Part shown: one piece after another, positions 39,305-43,765 of the stretch | Numbering within the stretch: position 1 is the first letter of the stretch | How the letters are laid out: each line of letters begins with the position of its first letter | Assembly (NCBI GenBank): GCA_026415595.1 | Contig: JAOAGU010000001.1 | Location: 1-43,765, forward strand | DNA from: Thermodesulfovibrio sp. | Lineage (GTDB): Bacteria > Nitrospirota > Thermodesulfovibrionia > Thermodesulfovibrionales > Thermodesulfovibrionaceae | Direction: 5' to 3' | Length of the DNA: 43,765 nucleotides | The notes under the pieces: model-generated | The model's input: the letters and a program-made list of their open reading frames with translations, nothing else | Database searches by the model: none | What the model was told of the DNA's origin: nothing | Program-made: the position numbers and the translations under genes

Positions 39305-41173
39305 AGTGACAGGGTCAACTTCAATCTTAAAGGAAATTCCCCTAAAAATTTTAAGTTCATCAATGCAAAGATTTAAGTCCTCTGTAAGCTTTCTTTTATC
39401 TTGCGAACGAAGGATAAAAAATAGTTCTTCTTTTTTCTGTTCCTTTAAAGGACCTATAATTTCCGCTTTAATTTTGGAGCTTAAAAAGTTTTTTATTTTT
39501 GCTATTACATCTTTTGAAGCAGTCTTTTTTAACTTTATATTAAGTTTAATAATTCGTGCAAACGGCGGATACAGCGCTTCTTTACGATGTTTTAACTCAT
39601 AGAGATAAAAGTCCCTGAACTTGTAGGAACGAAAAAATTTAAAAATTTCACTTCTTGGGTTTCTTGTTTGAATAAATATATTGCCGTCATGTTTAACAAG
39701 ATGACTTAATGAAAGTACTTTTCCAAAAGCATTCTCAATAGCTCTGTAGTCAGGTATTGAAAGGAAAAAATCAAAATCAACAAATACTAAAACTTTAAAT
39801 TGGGGATTATAACTTTTCCTTATTTTTCCTACTTGTCCAATAAAAATACCTTGAATCTGTTCATTTTCAAAATTGTAATTTTTTATAGATATTTCTCTTT
39901 TAGAAAAAATATTTTCAAGCTCCTCCCATAATCTCTCTATGCCTGTCCCTGTAGGATGGATTTCTATACTTCCACAGTATAGACAATTATCTGGTGTTTT
40001 AGCTCTTAAATTACATCTATTGCACTCTATGACTTTGCTGTCTCTGTAATAAATTAGGCTATAGCCACATTTTTCACACTTTAAGACTTCTCCACATTCA
40101 GCACATCTTAACAAACTAAATCCTGTCCTGGGTGCAATGACAAGAACTCCTTCCTTTTCATGGAGTTTCAAGTTTAGCAATACTTCATGATGGAAAATGC
40201 TTCCATAGGGCTGTTTCACAATTATTAACTCAGGATGGGGATATTGGGAAAAATCATCAATAAATTCAAACTTACCTTTCATCGCATTCCAATAAGAGTT
40301 AACAGAGGGTAAACTATCACATAAAACAACAGGGCATCCTTGTAAAAGTCCCCTCATTATGGCAGATTCCCTTGCGTTATATCTTGGAGATTCCTCTGCC
40401 TTATAAAGCCAATTTGATTCCTGAGAAAGTATGATTAGAGATAAATTTTTTATGGGTGCAAAAAGAGCAAATCTTGTACCTACGATTATTTTGGCTTTAT
40501 CTTCCATAATTTTTTCAATAGTTAAGTAAAGTTCAGAGGCTTTCATTCCACTATGAAGCATTACAACATTTTCACCGAGTTTATCTTGCAAAAACCTATA
40601 TAGTTCTCTCACTTCTTTTATTTCAGGAAGGATTAAAAGAATCGTTTCGCCAAGAGAAAAAAGCTCATTCGCAATTTCTGCCATTAATTTCATTTCATAA
40701 GGGATACTGGGAGAATGGATGAGAAAGGTTTTATATTCTTTCTTTTTCACTGTATTGATAATTTTTATATAGGTTTCATGATTTATTGATAAACCTTCAA
40801 GAAAATTTTTCTCTTTTTGATGTTTATGTTCAGGGATTTCTCTCTTTTGTCTTTTTTTACCCTTCAGATATGACATTATCTCTTCAAAAAAAGTAAGTCT
40901 TAATACTGTACCCGTTTCCGTGACATAGTAAAAACTCATCCAGAGAAGAAAATCTATAAAATTTTTTGAGTATACCTGTCCCCAAAGATGTTCAATTTTT
41001 TTTATATCTTTTATTTCTTCAGGTTTATCTAATCTTTGATTTATAACAACCCCATCATATAATCTGTCTTTCAATGGTACAGTTACTGCAAAACCTTTTA
41101 AATCTTCTTGGCTTTCATAATAATAGGTAAGAGTTTTTAATTTGAGAGGAATAGATACATCATAGTAAGGCAT
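39293..41173 (-). CDS. priA: Primosomal protein N' (PriA) with degenerate helicase motifs
   Basis: LPEI, LHSG, IVGTRFALFAP, PRYNAR, four CxxC, PDYRA, YPPF, IEVDP; Walker A/B and motif VI absent. Confidence 0.88.
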   Translation of the reverse strand: MPYYDVSIPLKLKTLTYYYESQEDLKGFAVTVPLKDRLYDGVVINQRLDKPEEIKDIKKIEHLWGQVYSKNFIDFLLWMSFYYVTETGTVLRLTFFEEIMSYLKGKKRQKREIPEHKHQKEKNFLEGLSINHETYIKIINTVKKKEYKTFLIHSPSIPYEMKLMAEIANELFSLGETILLILPEIKEVRELYRFLQDKLGENVVMLHSGMKASELYLTIEKIMEDKAKIIVGTRFALFAPIKNLSLIILSQESNWLYKAEESPRYNARESAIMRGLLQGCPVVLCDSLPSVNSYWNAMKGKFEFIDDFSQYPHPELIIVKQPYGSIFHHEVLLNLKLHEKEGVLVIAPRTGFSLLRCAECGEVLKCEKCGYSLIYYRDSKVIECNRCNLRAKTPDNCLYCGSIEIHPTGTGIERLWEELENIFSKREISIKNYNFENEQIQGIFIGQVGKIRKSYNPQFKVLVFVDFDFFLSIPDYRAIENAFGKVLSLSHLVKHDGNIFIQTRNPRSEIFKFFRSYKFRDFYLYELKHRKEALYPPFARIIKLNIKLKKTASKDVIAKIKNFLSSKIKAEIIGPLKEQKKEELFFILRSQDKRKLTEDLNLCIDELKIFRGISFKIEVDPVTLRS

Positions 41174-41179
41174 AACCTA

Positions 41180-41203
41180 ATTTTAACAGTTTTATGTTAT
41201 AAT
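41180..41203. promoter_or_regulatory. Back-to-back extended -10 promoters (priA and TPR gene), leaderless layout
   Basis: Minus: TGT-TAAAAT (41188-41180), 6 nt, ATG. Plus: TGT-TATAAT (41195-41203), 7 nt, ATG. No SD for either gene. Confidence 0.65.
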
Positions 41204-41210
41204 TTACACA

Positions 41211-41672
41211 ATGATTTTACTTGTTAAATATTTCTCTTTCTTTATTGTTATAATTGCATTTCTATCAATTAGTGCTTGTAGCCTACCAAAAATTGTGGTT
41301 CTGACTGATCCTCTTACAGCAGAAGAACATCTTAAGCTCGGGCTTAGTTATGAAAAAAAGGGATTATTAGATGAAGCAATTAGGCATTATGAAGAAGCAT
41401 CCAAGACTGATGCAAGGGGTTTTTTGTTAATAGGCAATTTATACTTAAATCAGGGAAAATATGAACAGGCTGAAGAAAATTATAGAAGGGCAATAAAAAA
41501 GAATAACAAACTTGCTGATGCCTACAATAACTTAGCATGGCTTTATTATATAAAAGGTGAGAGACTCGATGAAGCAGAAGAGTTAGTCAGAAAAGCTATG
41601 GAGCTTGAAAAGGGTAATCAAGATAAAGTAAAAATTTACGAAGACACATTAAATAAAATAAAAACAAAGTAG
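41211..41672 (+). CDS. TPR-repeat lipoprotein
   Basis: Lipobox ISAC; TPR motifs EEHLKLGLSY...A..HY, LIGNLY...AEENY, AYNNLAWLY. Confidence 0.85.
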   Translation: MILLVKYFSFFIVIIAFLSISACSLPKIVVLTDPLTAEEHLKLGLSYEKKGLLDEAIRHYEEASKTDARGFLLIGNLYLNQGKYEQAEENYRRAIKKNNKLADAYNNLAWLYYIKGERLDEAEELVRKAMELEKGNQDKVKIYEDTLNKIKTK

Positions 41673-41682
41673 GAGGTATAAA

Positions 41683-42054
41683 ATGTTTAGGAAAGTACTC
41701 GCAGTTTATCTGGCCGTAGCAGTTTTTGTAATCGGTTTTGTTCAGTCTGCTGGTGCTGCATTCATTCCCTCTGAAGTTACAATGAACAGCAAAATTGAAG
41801 ACATTCAGAAGGTGCAGAAATTCCTTGAAATTAAGATAGTTTCTCAGAGACTAAAGGATTTTGGCTATTCAGAAAAAGAAATAATGGACAGGCTCAGCAG
41901 TCTTGATGAACAAACTCTACACAGTCTTGCCTTAAAGATTGATGAATTAAAGGTAGGAGGAGATGTTGGATTAGCTATAGTATTAGCGCTTGTTATCATT
42001 GCTTTAGTTATTTTAATTATTAATCTCACAGGGCATAGAGTTGTTGTAAAATAA
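41683..42054 (+). CDS. PA2779-family-like protein
   Basis: Signal peptide, V..RLKDFG....IMDRLSSLDEQTL..LA..ID core, GG motif then hydrophobic C-terminal helix; SD AGGAGG. Confidence 0.75.
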   Translation: MFRKVLAVYLAVAVFVIGFVQSAGAAFIPSEVTMNSKIEDIQKVQKFLEIKIVSQRLKDFGYSEKEIMDRLSSLDEQTLHSLALKIDELKVGGDVGLAIVLALVIIALVILIINLTGHRVVVK

Positions 42055-42068
42055 GGGGAAAATTATAG

Positions 42069-42098
42069 TTGACAAAAAAATATGTTCAATGGTAAAAA
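42069..42098 (+). promoter_or_regulatory. Candidate sigma-70 promoter for the repeat lipoprotein
   Basis: TTGACA (42069-42074), 18 nt ending TGG, TAAAAA. Confidence 0.45.
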
Positions 42099-42165
42099 AT
42101 AAAAGTCAAAGGGATTTCAGTTTTTTGGCAGTAAAATTAAAGGCGAAAGGAGGTGACAAAGTAAG

Positions 42166-42393
42166 ATGAAAAAAATATTAGCATTAGTACTTTCATTAAT
42201 CCTTATGGTATCCTTTAGCTTTGCTTTAGGATGCAAAAAGGCTGAGGAACCTAAGAAACCTGAGGCTCCAAAACCAGCAGAGGCTCCAAAAGCTCCTGAG
42301 GCTCCAAAGGCTCCTGAGGCACCAAAGCCAGCAGAGGCACCAAAGGCTCCTGAAGCACCAAAGGCTCCTGAAAAGCCTGCTGAGAAAAAATAA
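42166..42393 (+). CDS. Small Pro/Ala/Glu/Lys-repeat lipoprotein
   Basis: SD AAAGGAGGTGA, signal peptide with ALGC lipobox (Cys23), EAPKAP/EAPKPA repeats with third-position variation. Confidence 0.88.
   Translation: MKKILALVLSLILMVSFSFALGCKKAEEPKKPEAPKPAEAPKAPEAPKAPEAPKPAEAPKAPEAPKAPEKPAEKK
42262..42369 (+). repeat. Six tandem 18-bp coding repeats (54-bp higher-order unit x2)
   Basis: GAGGCTCCAAAACCAGCA, GAGGCTCCAAAAGCTCCT, GAGGCTCCAAAGGCTCCT, GAGGCACCAAAGCCAGCA, GAGGCACCAAAGGCTCCT, GAAGCACCAAAGGCTCCT. Confidence 0.9.
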
Positions 42394-42410
42394 TTTAGCA
42401 GGATACAATG

Positions 42411-42445
42411 AAAGCAACACCGGGATTTATGCCTGGTGTTGCTTT
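42411..42445 (+). terminator. Terminator-like hairpin after the lipoprotein gene
   Basis: AAAGCAACACCGG...CTGGTGTTGCTTT stem; short U-tract. Confidence 0.75.
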
Positions 42446-42472
42446 AAATTCTTTAAAAGTGTTAAACTTTTC

Positions 42473-42502
42473 AAAGAGTGGGATTTCCCACTCTTTTATT
42501 TT
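42473..42502 (+). promoter_or_regulatory. rimP leader hairpin (attenuator-like)
   Basis: AAAGAGTGGG-ATTT-CCCACTCTTT then TATTTT; a GAGTGGG/CCCACTC stem is commonly found upstream of rimP-nusA. Confidence 0.8.
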
Positions 42503-42522
42503 GAAGTTTAGAGGATTTTTTT

Positions 42523-43017
42523 ATGAATATAAGGGAATTAAAAGATTTAATAATAAAATATGCCCAAGAAGTTAGCGAAACAGAAGGAGTTGAAGTGGTG
42601 GATTTAGAAATTCATCCAGGAGGTAAAGGTTTAGTGGTAAAGGTTTTCATAGATAAAGAAGGAGGAGTAACAGTAAGAGATTGTGAGATATTTTCACGTT
42701 CTTTAGAAGCAATACTTGATGTGGAAGACCCCATTAAAGGTTCTTACATACTTGAAGTATCTTCTCCTGGATTGGACAGGCCACTTAAAAATAAGAAAGA
42801 CTTTTTAAGAAACTTAGGTAGAAATATAAAAATTACAACAAAGGAAAAAATTTCGGAGAAGACTTTTTTTATAGGTAAAATTATAGATGTAGGAGATGAT
42901 TGGGTTAGGATAGAAATTCAGGAAAGTAAAATCAAGGGAACTAAGAAGTCAGATAGAGGAGAACTTTTATTTATACCTTTAGATAAAATCTTAAAAGCAC
43001 AAATTTATTTAGGTTAG
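42523..43017 (+). CDS. rimP: Ribosome maturation factor RimP
   Basis: KVFIDKEGGVTVRDC, LDVEDPI, YILEVSSPGLDRPL. Confidence 0.97.
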   Translation: MNIRELKDLIIKYAQEVSETEGVEVVDLEIHPGGKGLVVKVFIDKEGGVTVRDCEIFSRSLEAILDVEDPIKGSYILEVSSPGLDRPLKNKKDFLRNLGRNIKITTKEKISEKTFFIGKIIDVGDDWVRIEIQESKIKGTKKSDRGELLFIPLDKILKAQIYLG

Positions 43018-43021
43018 GATT

Positions 43022-43765
43022 ATGGGAAAAGAGTTAAAGATTTTAACAGAACAGATAATGAGAGAAAGAGGTATCAACAAAGAGGCAGTTATTGAGCTGC
43101 TTGAAACAGCTCTTATTTCAGCTATAAGAAAAAAATATGGTAATAAGTCAACAATAAAGTTAAAGATTGATCCTCAAACTTTTGATATAAATATTTTTGA
43201 AATAAAAAAGGTTGTGGAAGAAGTATCTGATCCTGCTTCTGAAATATCCTTTATGGAAGTGAAAGAAAAATTTGAAAATAAGGGTATAGGAGATACAGTT
43301 GAGATTCCTCTTTCAATTCAGGATTTCGGTAGAATAGCTGTTCAGACAGCAAAACATGTACTTTTTCAGAAAATAAGGGATATTGAGCGTTCCGTTATTT
43401 ATGAAGAATTTAAAGACAAAGTAGGAACTGTTGTGAGCGGGACAGTGTTAAGAAAAGAAAAGGGTAACTTTTATATTTTAGTCGGTAAGGCTGAAGTTAT
43501 ATTGCCAGAAAAAGAAATATTACCTCAGGATAATTTAAAACGTGGTGACATTATCAAAGCTTATATTTATGAAGTAAAGCAAACATCAAAGGAACCTATT
43601 ATCAGAGCGTCAAGAACTCATCCTCAATTTGTGATTGGATTGTTTACCCTTGAGGTACCAGAGATTCAGGATGGTATTGTGAAAATTAAAAACATTGCAA
43701 GAGACCCGGGAGAAAGAACAAAGATTGCTGTATATTCAAAGGATTCTTCAGTTGACCCTGTGGGA
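43022..43765 (+). CDS. nusA: Transcription factor NusA, 5' part, runs off window edge
   Basis: Manual translation from ATG 43022: MGKELK...ERGI...DFGRIAVQTAK...SRTHP...EVPEI.DG...IARDPGERTKIAV...VDPVG. Confidence 0.95.
   Translation, partial: MGKELKILTEQIMRERGINKEAVIELLETALISAIRKKYGNKSTIKLKIDPQTFDINIFEIKKVVEEVSDPASEISFMEVKEKFENKGIGDTVEIPLSIQDFGRIAVQTAKHVLFQKIRDIERSVIYEEFKDKVGTVVSGTVLRKEKGNFYILVGKAEVILPEKEILPQDNLKRGDIIKAYIYEVKQTSKEPIIRASRTHPQFVIGLFTLEVPEIQDGIVKIKNIARDPGERTKIAVYSKDSSVDPVG

Noticed and set aside
42125-42140. TTGGCAG upstream of the repeat lipoprotein as a -24 box
   Set aside because: The -12 position reads TTAA, not TTGC
42262-42369. Tandem repeats as a possible CRISPR array
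   Set aside because: 18-bp in-frame coding repeats with no spacers and no cas genes
730-42420. Many 60-142 aa antisense or alternate-frame ORFs in the track (e.g. 4557-4985, 12763-13182, 34672-35001, 39306-39602, 42226-42420)
   Set aside because: They lie within or mostly within well-supported genes, lack SD and motifs, and look like shadow ORFs

Overview
AT-rich, gene-dense bacterial chromosome segment. Gene content and protein style suggest a thermophilic diderm anaerobe, most likely Thermodesulfovibrio (Nitrospirota); this is inference, not a search result. Mostly housekeeping genes: partial mltG; CIRCE-controlled hrcA-grpE-dnaK-dnaJ; a Zn/Mn ABC transporter; a LonC-type protease; trxA, a TlpA-like redoxin and ffh; CIRCE-controlled groES-groEL; the run rplI-dnaB-MEMO1-mobA-tatA-alr-aminotransferase-era-DUF151-recO; marC-cobO-phosphatase-lpxK; mutS-coaE-ribF; priA; rimP and partial nusA. 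The accessory part (about 25.4-35.1 kb) holds a YbjT-like SDR, a cupin, a SlyD-like/methyltransferase fusion, a broken carotenoid-desaturase-like gene, a LytS/LytTR pair, an Rsm22-like protein, HU, a 1.1 kb degraded spacer and an orphan sigma-54 activator. Most notable observations: (1) an exactly spaced sigma-54 promoter with 21-bp-phased repeats, driving a 48-aa ORF next to the activator; (2) an unannotated 55-aa four-Cys protein; (3) a PriA lacking ATPase motifs; (4) a TPR/PA2779-like double-glycine pair and a P/A/E/K-only lipoprotein; (5) repeated leaderless-mRNA promoter architecture. No rRNA, tRNA, CRISPR array or intact mobile element was seen.
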